Assembly: GCA_964424515.1 (NCBI GenBank)
Contig: CAYRJJ010000003.1
Location: forward strand, 1-48,126
Source: an uncultured Candidatus Finniella sp.
GTDB lineage: Bacteria; Pseudomonadota; Alphaproteobacteria; Paracaedibacterales; VGCI01
DNA length: 48,126 nt
Direction of reading: 5' to 3'
Numbering within the stretch: the stretch's first letter is position 1; each line of letters starts with the position of its first letter. Both the position numbers and the translations under genes were made by a program. The notes under the pieces were generated by a model. The model had not been told where the DNA came from and did not search any database. It was given only the letters and a program-made list of their open reading frames with translations. This document shows, one piece after another, positions 28,891 to 37,269 of this stretch.

Positions 28891-31456
28891 GGACGCCCCT
28901 TTCCTGTTCCTGTTCTTGCGTCCGCCTCACGTGTTCAATGGCGTCCTCAATGGAATATCCCTGGTGAATGAGGCTTTCAATCGCCTGGTACTCTTGCGGG
29001 TTGGTGGAATAGAGAAGACGGCTGAACGAATCAACCCTCAAGCGCCCCACAATGCCATGAATCCCGGGCCCGAATATCGCCACTTCAGAATAATGGGGAG
29101 GCCTGGAATGAATGGAACGAAGCAGAGCCTCCTTGTATTCATCGGCGGCAAACGCCTGAAGCTGGGGATGGCTCTTTAAAGCGGTAATGACGTCATCTTC
29201 CTGTTTCAGGATGCACTTCCAGGAACTGCAGTTAAACGCTTCTGTGGCTCCGGGAGCTTCAGGCTTGAAATAGTCAGTCAAATGCTGGGTTGCGCAAATA
29301 ATCCCGCCTTTATATTTACGGGCGATACGGGAAGCTTCAGAGATGAAGGAGGCCGTGCCTTTTCCGCCAAGAAGCATCCAGGCTTCATCGATGATGATTA
29401 CAAAAGGCTTGTTGCGGTCTCCTTTGGCCATCTCCTGGTTGATCTGCATGATCAGCATCTGAACCACCACAGCCATGAGATTGGGGTGGCTCCTCAAGTT
29501 ATCGGTTTCAATAACGATTAAGTCCTCTTTTAAATTGCTGTTGGCCGGATCATTAAAAAAGTGTCCAAACGTGCCCCTGGACGTAAAGGCGCTCAGTTTT
29601 TCCCCCAGATCTTGCGCAACAGGATTTTTATGATCGATCAGAAATCCCTGAACCGTATCCACGCTGCTTTTTGTCTGGTATTTTTCAAAAGAGAACCGGA
29701 TCGCCTGATCCAGAAACGAGTTTTCCAGATCCGTTGTCCCTTGCCGGGGCGCAGACATGACCTGAAACACAGGACCAACCAGAGCCAGCATGTCCGAACG
29801 GGCCTCCGCCTCTTGCGGCGAATCTCCTGTGGGAATATGGGTAAAGGGGTTGAGACTGACCGGGTAGCGCACGTCAAACTCAATGTGCCGTCCTCCCAGA
29901 ATCTGGCACGTCTTTTTAAAGCTGCGACCCAGGTCCAGGACGACAGCTTTGCCCCCCACTCCCATAACGGTGGACATGAGTTCATTCAAAAAGAACGACT
30001 TTCCCGAACCCGTGGTTCCCGCAATAGCGACGTTATGGTTATGATCAACCTGGGTATTTTTACTGTCGGGCAATAACAGCCGGTCAAAGGGATTCCAGAA
30101 GAACAGCTGGCCTCTTCTTCCCGTCAGCGGCATTCCCGGCGCCGCCTGGCCCCGCCACTCCGCCAGAATCGGCAACAGGTTCTGAGCCTCTTTCGTGACC
30201 GTGATCTTGGCCTTGGAGAGCTTGAGCAAGTCCGTACCCATCCCGAACGGCTTCCTGAATAACAGGCCCTTTTTATATCCCAATGTCCAGGACATCGGCA
30301 GGGAAGCTAACAGAACCGTCAGGTGATCACACCGGGCCGGCTCGAATGTCCATCCGCCCCGGCCCCAAATGCGGCGCAACTGCTGCTCATGTTCCTGAAT
30401 CTTTTCAGGGGCGCTAAAGACCGAGTAGCTTAAGGACGACACAATCACCTGCCCGCCAGCTTGCAGCTCGGCCGCAACTTCAACGCTCTCCGCGTACTGT
30501 TCCTGGAGATCAGGAATGAACTTAGCCAGGTTACCCCGCAGGGATTTTTCCAGAGACTCGCGTTTGGCGTAAGCTTTACCCTTAGCTCTGGACTGGCTTG
30601 CGTTAACGAATAAACCGTAATGAATGAGATAAGGACAGCCAATGGCATGGCTTCTCTCCAAAGCATCCCCGATCATCCGGTCCATAAACCCCAATGCCCA
30701 CCTTCGAGGCCAGACTTTGGGGACATAACTGCGGCAAACCGTTTTTCCGTCATTGAGCAGCGTTTGCTCTTCCTGAATCCGCCAGGTACGCCTTGTACCG
30801 GTTAAGTTCCTGGAGAGAGAATCATGCTCTTGCCACTGGCCAGAATACGGGTAAACATCATCGTCGATATTCAGGATGCTTCCAACCTCACCAATGAAAC
30901 CGTCCGCGTCCAGGATGGTTGAGTACACGCCCAGAGTTTCCAGAAGCGCCCTCAGCTCTTTGCGGAACATCAAAATAGTGTCCTGTTCAACCAGACTAAC
31001 CTTATGACCTGGAACAGCGTATGAAACCAGCAGCCGGAAATCCCGTACAAGGTTGCCGTTTTCATCATCAAACGCCTTGCTCTTGAGAAGGTCGCCGCGC
31101 CGGGACGCCAGCTTCTGGAATATGGGAGATGAGCGGGACGCTTCCATCCTGGAATCACGCCAATTATCCAGATAGCCTCCAATACACGGGCTTGCGAATA
31201 AGAGGAACTGCAAGGATGTTCCTTCCGTCAAATGGCCATTCTGACGGAAGAACTCAGCGATTTGTTGCTGGTTATCCAGAGAAGACCCCACAATAGGAGT
31301 GGCCAGCAACACAAAACCCGTCGAATCCTGGTTGTAGAAAAGCTGCATCGCCGGATCGTAGCTCTCATAAGGCAAGACTTCATGCAGCCTTGGAAAAGCG
31401 GCAATATGGCGTTCCATGTATTCGCTCAAGTTTTTAGGGCATTTTGCGGCAAACAT
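28883..31456 (-). CDS. traC: F-type TraC ATPase (VirB4 class)
   Basis: 857 aa. Walker A IAGTTGSGKS and Walker B IIIDEAWML. Confidence 0.93.
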   Translation of the reverse strand: MFAAKCPKNLSEYMERHIAAFPRLHEVLPYESYDPAMQLFYNQDSTGFVLLATPIVGSSLDNQQQIAEFFRQNGHLTEGTSLQFLLFASPCIGGYLDNWRDSRMEASRSSPIFQKLASRRGDLLKSKAFDDENGNLVRDFRLLVSYAVPGHKVSLVEQDTILMFRKELRALLETLGVYSTILDADGFIGEVGSILNIDDDVYPYSGQWQEHDSLSRNLTGTRRTWRIQEEQTLLNDGKTVCRSYVPKVWPRRWALGFMDRMIGDALERSHAIGCPYLIHYGLFVNASQSRAKGKAYAKRESLEKSLRGNLAKFIPDLQEQYAESVEVAAELQAGGQVIVSSLSYSVFSAPEKIQEHEQQLRRIWGRGGWTFEPARCDHLTVLLASLPMSWTLGYKKGLLFRKPFGMGTDLLKLSKAKITVTKEAQNLLPILAEWRGQAAPGMPLTGRRGQLFFWNPFDRLLLPDSKNTQVDHNHNVAIAGTTGSGKSFFLNELMSTVMGVGGKAVVLDLGRSFKKTCQILGGRHIEFDVRYPVSLNPFTHIPTGDSPQEAEARSDMLALVGPVFQVMSAPRQGTTDLENSFLDQAIRFSFEKYQTKSSVDTVQGFLIDHKNPVAQDLGEKLSAFTSRGTFGHFFNDPANSNLKEDLIVIETDNLRSHPNLMAVVVQMLIMQINQEMAKGDRNKPFVIIIDEAWMLLGGKGTASFISEASRIARKYKGGIICATQHLTDYFKPEAPGATEAFNCSSWKCILKQEDDVITALKSHPQLQAFAADEYKEALLRSIHSRPPHYSEVAIFGPGIHGIVGRLRVDSFSRLLYSTNPQEYQAIESLIHQGYSIEDAIEHVRRTQEQEQERGVHV

Positions 31457-31459
31457 TTT

Positions 31460-31789
31460 CTAGCTCCCTGCGTTCTCATCAAGAGAAATAAGACGGCTTA
31501 ACTGATCGGGGCCGTAATAAACATAGACCTGATTGCCAGGTAATCTGCTGGCGCAGGCCTTCTTCGCCAGAGGGTCATCATCATGACCGGGGTCAATTTC
31601 CTGGCGGTCGATCATTTTGTTGATCCTTGAAATCGAAGCGCACCCGGCGCCTTCCCCCATGGGGCAGTCAAAGTGGCTCGAATAGGTCGAACCCGTGCAA
31701 CCAGAAAGAAGAAGGGAGGCAGCTAAAGAGCCAAGGGAAAAGATTATTTTTTGATCTCGCGAGTCAATAAGGGCACGATTGAGTTGCAT
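31460..31789 (-). CDS. traV: F-type TraV lipoprotein
   Basis: Lipobox LLLSGC followed by FDCPMGEGAGCASI. Confidence 0.85.
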   Translation of the reverse strand: MQLNRALIDSRDQKIIFSLGSLAASLLLSGCTGSTYSSHFDCPMGEGAGCASISRINKMIDRQEIDPGHDDDPLAKKACASRLPGNQVYVYYGPDQLSRLISLDENAGS

Positions 31790-33258
31790 TAGAATTCTCC
31801 TTGAGGGTCGGTGGGTTGAGCATCTGCGCGGGGTTGTTGAGATTCAGACGGCGCGTTCCCAAGCGTCACGCTGTCTTGCTCAAGCGGCGTCAAGTCCACG
31901 CCTCTCATCAGGACAGCGTCCAAAACCCTGCCACTGGCGACATAAGCGACGGGAGACATGGATTCAGCGCGCCTGATCGAAAATTCGGCCAGCTTATCCA
32001 TGGCGGAACCCACGCCTCCTCCCACAGCCCCTTTAAAGGCGTCGCCATTGGACAAAGCATTCGTTTGACCAAAAGGCGACACCGGAAAAGTCCCCGATGT
32101 GGCTTGCATCTTAAAGAAGTTTGAAGTCGCCGAAAGGAGTCCTGCTCCAAACGCTTCCCGGGCGATCTCACTTGACCGGTCAATGATTTTAGCCCGGATA
32201 CCCTGCACGCCGTCTTCTGACGCGATCCATCCTTCAACGGGCTTTTCGATGTTCCGGTTGCTTTTATCCCGCCATGAAAGGGTTTTTAAACGGCATAAGG
32301 CTCTTTCCGCAGAAGCCGACCCATAACAGGTCCCGATTAACACGGCATCCTTGACCTTGCCCTTTAAACCCCCTGGCAGATTCCCATTATCAACGATGCG
32401 CAACAGGATTGGCTGTGGGTCAGACGAAGAGTTCGTGCCCGTTGAAACGACTACCCCCATGGCTGTCACCACCTTGAAATACGTTCCTGCGGGAAGATAG
32501 GTATCGGGCGATTTGTTGGAGCTGTCAGAAACGCTTGCGCCTGAAAGGTGCAACAGCTTTCTCTTTTTCTTTTGTGACCCCTCTTTTGCGAAAACAGCTG
32601 CAGAAGCGCCTGCCGTCTCAGGCATTACTGACGGCGTGGCGCTGGAAGATACGCTATCCACGCTCCCGAGAGACGGGAAGCGTTGAGGTCCGGAGGAAGA
32701 CGAAGGGGATCCAGCAGAGTCACGTCCGGACGCTTCAGGCAAACCGGACAATTGACCCGCGACACCAGAGGATTCACCCATGGGCTTATCCTTCCTGGCT
32801 CTAGTCTCTAATACCTGCAATTCTTGTATGGCTTTAGACTTTACATCGGGACTCCCCTCAAAAGCCCCCATGAGCGTGTTGATCTTCTTTTCCAGAAAGA
32901 GGTTCTCTTCCCTGATTTTATCCACCTCCTCCCGGGAGGACCTGACAAGTTTTTCGATACGCGAAACCCAGATATCCCCATCCTTGACCCCGGACAAGGG
33001 CGTTGATAGATGAGCGATCGGCTGTTCAACGGGTTTCTCGGATTCTGGTTTGGAAGCCCCCGGGGACGGACTTTGCGTCAAATCAAACACCCCAAAAGCC
33101 CAGCACGCGCCTATAAGCGCCATTCCTGCGCCTGTTCCCAGGCGCAACAATTGTTTTTTACGTAAAATCTCAGGCGGTTCATCCCCCGATACCTTCAAGA
33201 CGTTCGCAACACCCTTCACGGATCTTGTGAACGCCGTTTTCTTTTCCTGCCAATTCAT
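31789..33258 (-). CDS. traB: F-type TraB (VirB10-like)
   Basis: N-terminal TM segment, a Ser/Pro-rich linker, and a conserved C-terminal domain (LRIVDNGNLPGG...GWIASEDGVQGIRAKIIDR). Confidence 0.88.
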   Translation of the reverse strand: MNWQEKKTAFTRSVKGVANVLKVSGDEPPEILRKKQLLRLGTGAGMALIGACWAFGVFDLTQSPSPGASKPESEKPVEQPIAHLSTPLSGVKDGDIWVSRIEKLVRSSREEVDKIREENLFLEKKINTLMGAFEGSPDVKSKAIQELQVLETRARKDKPMGESSGVAGQLSGLPEASGRDSAGSPSSSSGPQRFPSLGSVDSVSSSATPSVMPETAGASAAVFAKEGSQKKKRKLLHLSGASVSDSSNKSPDTYLPAGTYFKVVTAMGVVVSTGTNSSSDPQPILLRIVDNGNLPGGLKGKVKDAVLIGTCYGSASAERALCRLKTLSWRDKSNRNIEKPVEGWIASEDGVQGIRAKIIDRSSEIAREAFGAGLLSATSNFFKMQATSGTFPVSPFGQTNALSNGDAFKGAVGGGVGSAMDKLAEFSIRRAESMSPVAYVASGRVLDAVLMRGVDLTPLEQDSVTLGNAPSESQQPRADAQPTDPQGEF

Positions 33259-33362
33259 CGATCTTTTCCTTCAAAACCCCAAATCCGTCAAAACCTTAAG
33301 TTGCCCCGGGAACCCCGGACAGCCGCCAGCTTCTTGCAAAGCGGCTGTCCGTCACCTTTTCC

Positions 33363-33689
33363 TTATGACAAAACCTTAAAAAGAGCCTCGGATTTTGCAA
33401 GAGCGATTCCAATTCCCGTGAGAGCGCCAACGCCAATAATGGCCAGTCCCTGGCCAATATTGCCTTGCACAATCGAATAACCTCCGCCAAACAGGGTCCC
33501 TCCCCCAACCACAAGGCTGGCAACCTTGCCTAATACAAGATTGGTCGCTTTTTCAACCTGACCATCAAGGGTGGCCCAACACAGACCTGTGGTTAACAGC
33601 AAACCTGCTGATGCCCAGACGGCTACCTTCAAAAAAGCCTTCACACGATTTACAGACGCCTTTTGACTCATTTCTTTCTCCAGATTCAT
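33363..33689 (-). CDS. Candidate pilin precursor (small two-TM protein)
   Basis: AGGAG SD before ATG 33689. A long leader ends ...GLCWA. The predicted mature part of about 69 aa has two Gly/Ala/Ile-rich hydrophobic segments, an overall layout like F/TrbC-type propilins. Confidence 0.45.
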   Translation of the reverse strand: MNLEKEMSQKASVNRVKAFLKVAVWASAGLLLTTGLCWATLDGQVEKATNLVLGKVASLVVGGGTLFGGGYSIVQGNIGQGLAIIGVGALTGIGIALAKSEALFKVLS

Positions 33690-33704
33690 TTTTTTCTCCT
33701 GTCG

Positions 33705-34421
33705 TTAACGATGTTGAATGACGAATAACCGCGCTGTACTGTGGGGATCCAGCGCGGATCGGTCAAAAGCCGAAGCCAGATCCCCCTTTCCCCAAAACGC
33801 CCTGGGATCCAGGGTTTGCCGTTCAGCGCTCTCACTCCTGATGCTAAAAACGAGCGTCCTGAACTTATCGTTTTGATAGGCCTGCTCCAGAACAGCTTCC
33901 ACAGGCCCTTCTCCCCGGCTCACCTCATGGGCGCTAACGGCCATGAATCCATCCGGCAGTTTCCCTTTTATCAATTGCCCCAGAAGATCCGCCGGCGCAT
34001 CCCGGGGAGAAAGAGACGATAAGGAAGGGCTGGATGAAGAAGCGACGCTCGATTCCTCAAATCTCAACAAAATCGGCTCCACTTTTTTAGGAACCGGAAT
34101 CAGCCTTAAATCTTGCGCAGCCCCTCTCCTTGTAATGACAGTCACGTAAACCGGGATCTCCAGATCGTCCGGCGTTACAAACACATGGCCGCTTTTATGG
34201 TGCGTGATCAGATCCGGTTCCGCGGGGTAAGCGTAAACATCCTCAATCCCATCATTCTCGATTGATATTCGGGTCAATCCGGATTTGGAAATCTTGAATT
34301 CGATGACCCGGGAGGGGTCCAAACGCGTATGAGCCAGACATCCCGCAGCGCATAAAGCGCTCAATATCCCGGTCAGCGCTGCGTTCATTTTCTTGCCTGT
34401 CATAATTGGAGATAAATTCAT
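33705..34421 (-). CDS. traK: F-type TraK
   Basis: I moved the start to ATG 34421 (ATGA overlap with the traE stop). It has a signal peptide, and its size and position match TraK. Confidence 0.8.
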   Translation of the reverse strand: MNLSPIMTGKKMNAALTGILSALCAAGCLAHTRLDPSRVIEFKISKSGLTRISIENDGIEDVYAYPAEPDLITHHKSGHVFVTPDDLEIPVYVTVITRRGAAQDLRLIPVPKKVEPILLRFEESSVASSSSPSLSSLSPRDAPADLLGQLIKGKLPDGFMAVSAHEVSRGEGPVEAVLEQAYQNDKFRTLVFSIRSESAERQTLDPRAFWGKGDLASAFDRSALDPHSTARLFVIQHR

Positions 34422-34990
34422 TGTGGTTCTCCCTGTTTCCTTAATTCCGATACGCCTTCTAAAAGAATGACCCCGTGGCTTCTCACCGCCCACGACACCT
34501 GAAACGTCTTCGGGATAATAACGGGCGCCGTGTCGCCCCCAAACCAGGAGCTGTGCTCGCCGGTTACTTCAATCGTTCGAGTCGCCTGGTTGACTTTGAA
34601 AGAGTTGGGGTAGAAAGCCGTACTGATTTTATCCTCCTTGATTTTTTGAGCCTCCTTTTGGAGTTGTTCCTTTAAGGGGCCATAATTATTCAGTGAAATT
34701 TTAAGGATCTGGCTAATTTTCCAGTCAATGCTATCGGGGTTCGCGCACAAGATGACATTCAAAATCCCTGCCGCCCAATCGATCAAATACTCATTGGAGA
34801 ACTTGCTTCTCGTCACTTCCAAACGATGTTCATCCTGGTATTGGGGCATCAGTACCCAATGTTCTTCCGAACCCATTAACTTGAAGGCCAAACCCATATT
34901 GGTTACGGTTAATCCCGCGCAGCACCAGAGAGCCAGATCCCGTTGTTTTAAGGCTGACGCCAGGGTCGCTTTCGCGTAAACGAAGTTCAT
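34418..34990 (-). CDS. traE: F-type TraE
   Basis: I moved the start to ATG 34990 (ATGA overlap with the traL stop). 190 aa with an N-terminal TM segment, matching TraE in size and position. Confidence 0.8.
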   Translation of the reverse strand: MNFVYAKATLASALKQRDLALWCCAGLTVTNMGLAFKLMGSEEHWVLMPQYQDEHRLEVTRSKFSNEYLIDWAAGILNVILCANPDSIDWKISQILKISLNNYGPLKEQLQKEAQKIKEDKISTAFYPNSFKVNQATRTIEVTGEHSSWFGGDTAPVIIPKTFQVSWAVRSHGVILLEGVSELRKQGEPQ

Positions 34991-35289
34991 CCCCAAAATC
35001 TCCTTTTCCAGGAACACGGGACACAAGAGGAAACGCCAAACCGAAGGCCCAAACGCCAGTGCAGGAAAGAAATCAGAGAGAACCCGACAGCGATCTTCTT
35101 CAACTTCTTGACCACATACACCACGCTCGGAGCTAATAAAGCGAACAACGCTTTCCATGCCACGGATTCAAAAGAAAAGCATATCATCAGGCAGATAACG
35201 CCCAGCGCCCATTCATCCAGCGTGATCCCGACAATCCGCAATGGATCAGACATGTAGCTGTAAAGACGGTGTTCCTTGAAACCACTCAT
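34987..35289 (-). CDS. traL: F-type TraL
   Basis: LRIVGITLDEW, KKLKKI and the C-terminal P.SWKRRFW resemble F TraL (GLPLDE, KKLKKG, P.S.FRQW). Confidence 0.8.
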   Translation of the reverse strand: MSGFKEHRLYSYMSDPLRIVGITLDEWALGVICLMICFSFESVAWKALFALLAPSVVYVVKKLKKIAVGFSLISFLHWRLGLRFGVSSCVPCSWKRRFWG

Positions 35290-35744
35290 GGACGGTCTCC
35301 TTCCTCAATGTCTGAAATGGCCGCCTGTAAATTTCCCATGGCATGGAGCAGATAGTTCTCCCGGAATTTTAAAGAACCGGCTCTGTCCAGACGCAACGAC
35401 AAGATGTAAGACAGGGCTGTTCCCAAGTGCGCTGACAGCTTCCAGTCCTCAATCACATCGTCAATCTCCACATCAGGCGGCTGATTCAAGGGCACAGCGC
35501 ACATTGCCAGATCCCGCCTTAAGCTTTGCAACTCCCGGTCCAGATACCAGGCGGATTTTCTGAGGTCGTTCAGGGCCGATGTTTTACGGCCTGCCCGGGA
35601 TATATACTTCACGACGCATCCCAGATGATGACACAGACCAAATTCCTCAATCACCCGGATCGGCTCAATAGACCGGCCTGCAATGTAATGGGCTGGATAA
35701 AAAATAGCCTTGTTGTCCAAAGGCGCCTTCAGTCCTTCGCTCAT
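35286..35744 (-). CDS. DUF3310-like protein, translationally coupled to traL
   Basis: PAHYIAGRSIEPIRVIEEFGL..HLGCVVKYISRAGRKTSALNDLRKSAWYLDREL matches the DUF3310 pattern (HY..IEPI.VI..., KYI.RAG.K, DL.KA.YL), with a weaker second copy downstream. ATGA overlaps at both ends. Confidence 0.6.
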   Translation of the reverse strand: MSEGLKAPLDNKAIFYPAHYIAGRSIEPIRVIEEFGLCHHLGCVVKYISRAGRKTSALNDLRKSAWYLDRELQSLRRDLAMCAVPLNQPPDVEIDDVIEDWKLSAHLGTALSYILSLRLDRAGSLKFRENYLLHAMGNLQAAISDIEEGDRP

Positions 35745-36397
35745 CCCCTGTCTCCTTTTCCTGGAACCTTCTCTTTCCATGCCCGAATCAACGCAGACCT
35801 CACAGGCAAGACCCGCAGCGCCCTGTTCAACTCTTTGCTCGTCTCACTCTCCTCACAATGAGCGCTTTGTTCTCCCGCTAATATCGCCTGGCCCTTCCGG
35901 ATGGTCTCGTTATCCCGCTTCCTGGCCGATATCCGGCAGGGAGGAAGAGGCCAGCGGGTTTCAAACACGAGCCACCCCTGGTGCGCGCAATACTCAAGAC
36001 AAAAGGCCTGACGCATTTGCGCCACATCAACTTGACGATCCATCACAATCTCCTGTTTTGACCCGTAAATCCCCCGGTAAATCTCCAGAAGCCCGCATCC
36101 CTCCTCCAGAGCCTTCGTCCTTGCCCGGGATACATATTCCGGTTTGATTCCGGAACAGGACCGCTTCAGATGTTTGGGCGCATAATGCGTAAAAGACCAG
36201 TAGTCCTGACCGTATGCGGGACTATTCTCCACACGCTTGCGGTTTTCTACCCCTTCAATAAACCGCAGCAAGACCCCGTAATCATCAAACGCCCCGATCT
36301 TCCTGCTGTCTTTCCCGAACACCCTGATCACTCCGTCCTCCTGTTCCTTAAAAAAACAAAAAATGCATAACTCATATAATTTTGAACTTTTGAGCAT
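35741..36397 (-). CDS. Hypothetical protein, small-protein family copy A
   Basis: It shares VIRVFGKDSRKIGAFDDYGVLLRFIEG and AFCLEYCAHQGWLVFE with the ORFs at 36775-37269, 40015-40479 and 39648-40031. Confidence 0.6.
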   Translation of the reverse strand: MLKSSKLYELCIFCFFKEQEDGVIRVFGKDSRKIGAFDDYGVLLRFIEGVENRKRVENSPAYGQDYWSFTHYAPKHLKRSCSGIKPEYVSRARTKALEEGCGLLEIYRGIYGSKQEIVMDRQVDVAQMRQAFCLEYCAHQGWLVFETRWPLPPCRISARKRDNETIRKGQAILAGEQSAHCEESETSKELNRALRVLPVRSALIRAWKEKVPGKGDRG

Positions 36398-36774
36398 TTT
36401 TATAATTCATTTATTAACAAAAAACCAACTTTTTTTACAATTTACTCATGAAAAAATGTTTTTAACTTATTAAAAAAATATTATTTATTTTACGGTAAAA
36501 TTTTTGCATTAGTCATCTTTCCATGAAAGTCTTTCTTCTCCTGTATTTTTATATTAACAGAAACCATTGATGTGCGCTCAACCGCCATATTTATCTCCTG
36601 AAATGCGCTTTCATTTTTTATGGATGGACAATTTATAAAAATTTATAGATTGCCCATAATATTTTTTTTGTTCATATATTTTTTGCTTTCTCTTTTTTTA
36701 TATTTATTTCCCAAACGCTTCCTGAAATCAGACAGGCCCATCCTTTAAATCTGAAAGACGGAATCAAGGATTTT

Positions 36775-37269
36775 TCAATCTCCAACCCAATATTGCGAGA
36801 CGGGATCAGATAACCCACAGGCGTGTGTCTCATCCGCATAAGTCCCGGCAGTCATGCCGGATTCTTCACCACGCCCTCCGGTGAGAGATTCCAGAATCAC
36901 AAACCCGTGCGACGAGGCATAGTCGTAACACCACCCTCGCGCCAGGCTTTCCACATCCAGATCCGGTGTCACCGCATATTGACGAGCTGTGAGAATATCC
37001 CCGCAAAACACATCGATCAGATCCAGCTCTTCCTCAAATGCCTGCCGTTCCGTTGATGACAGACGGTCTTGCATCTTCTCCAGGACAGCGGCAAGACGCT
37101 TGTAAGGATGCCACACAAACCCCCACTTGCCGTCTTCTTCTCCTCTCCGCTTATACCCGGCATGGTAAAAAGAAAGCGTTTGCTCCAGGCGACAGAAATA
37201 ATCGCACAAAGCTTCAAAAGTCCCGAAACAACGACGAGACGGAATCACAGGACCTTGCATCCAGATCAT
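36775..37269 (-). CDS. Hypothetical protein, small-protein family copy B
   Basis: MIWMQGPVIPSRRCFGTFEALCDYF...FEEELDLIDVF...GWCYDYASSHGFVILE. ATGA overlap with the upstream rep-like gene. Confidence 0.65.
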   Translation of the reverse strand: MIWMQGPVIPSRRCFGTFEALCDYFCRLEQTLSFYHAGYKRRGEEDGKWGFVWHPYKRLAAVLEKMQDRLSSTERQAFEEELDLIDVFCGDILTARQYAVTPDLDVESLARGWCYDYASSHGFVILESLTGGRGEESGMTAGTYADETHACGLSDPVSQYWVGD

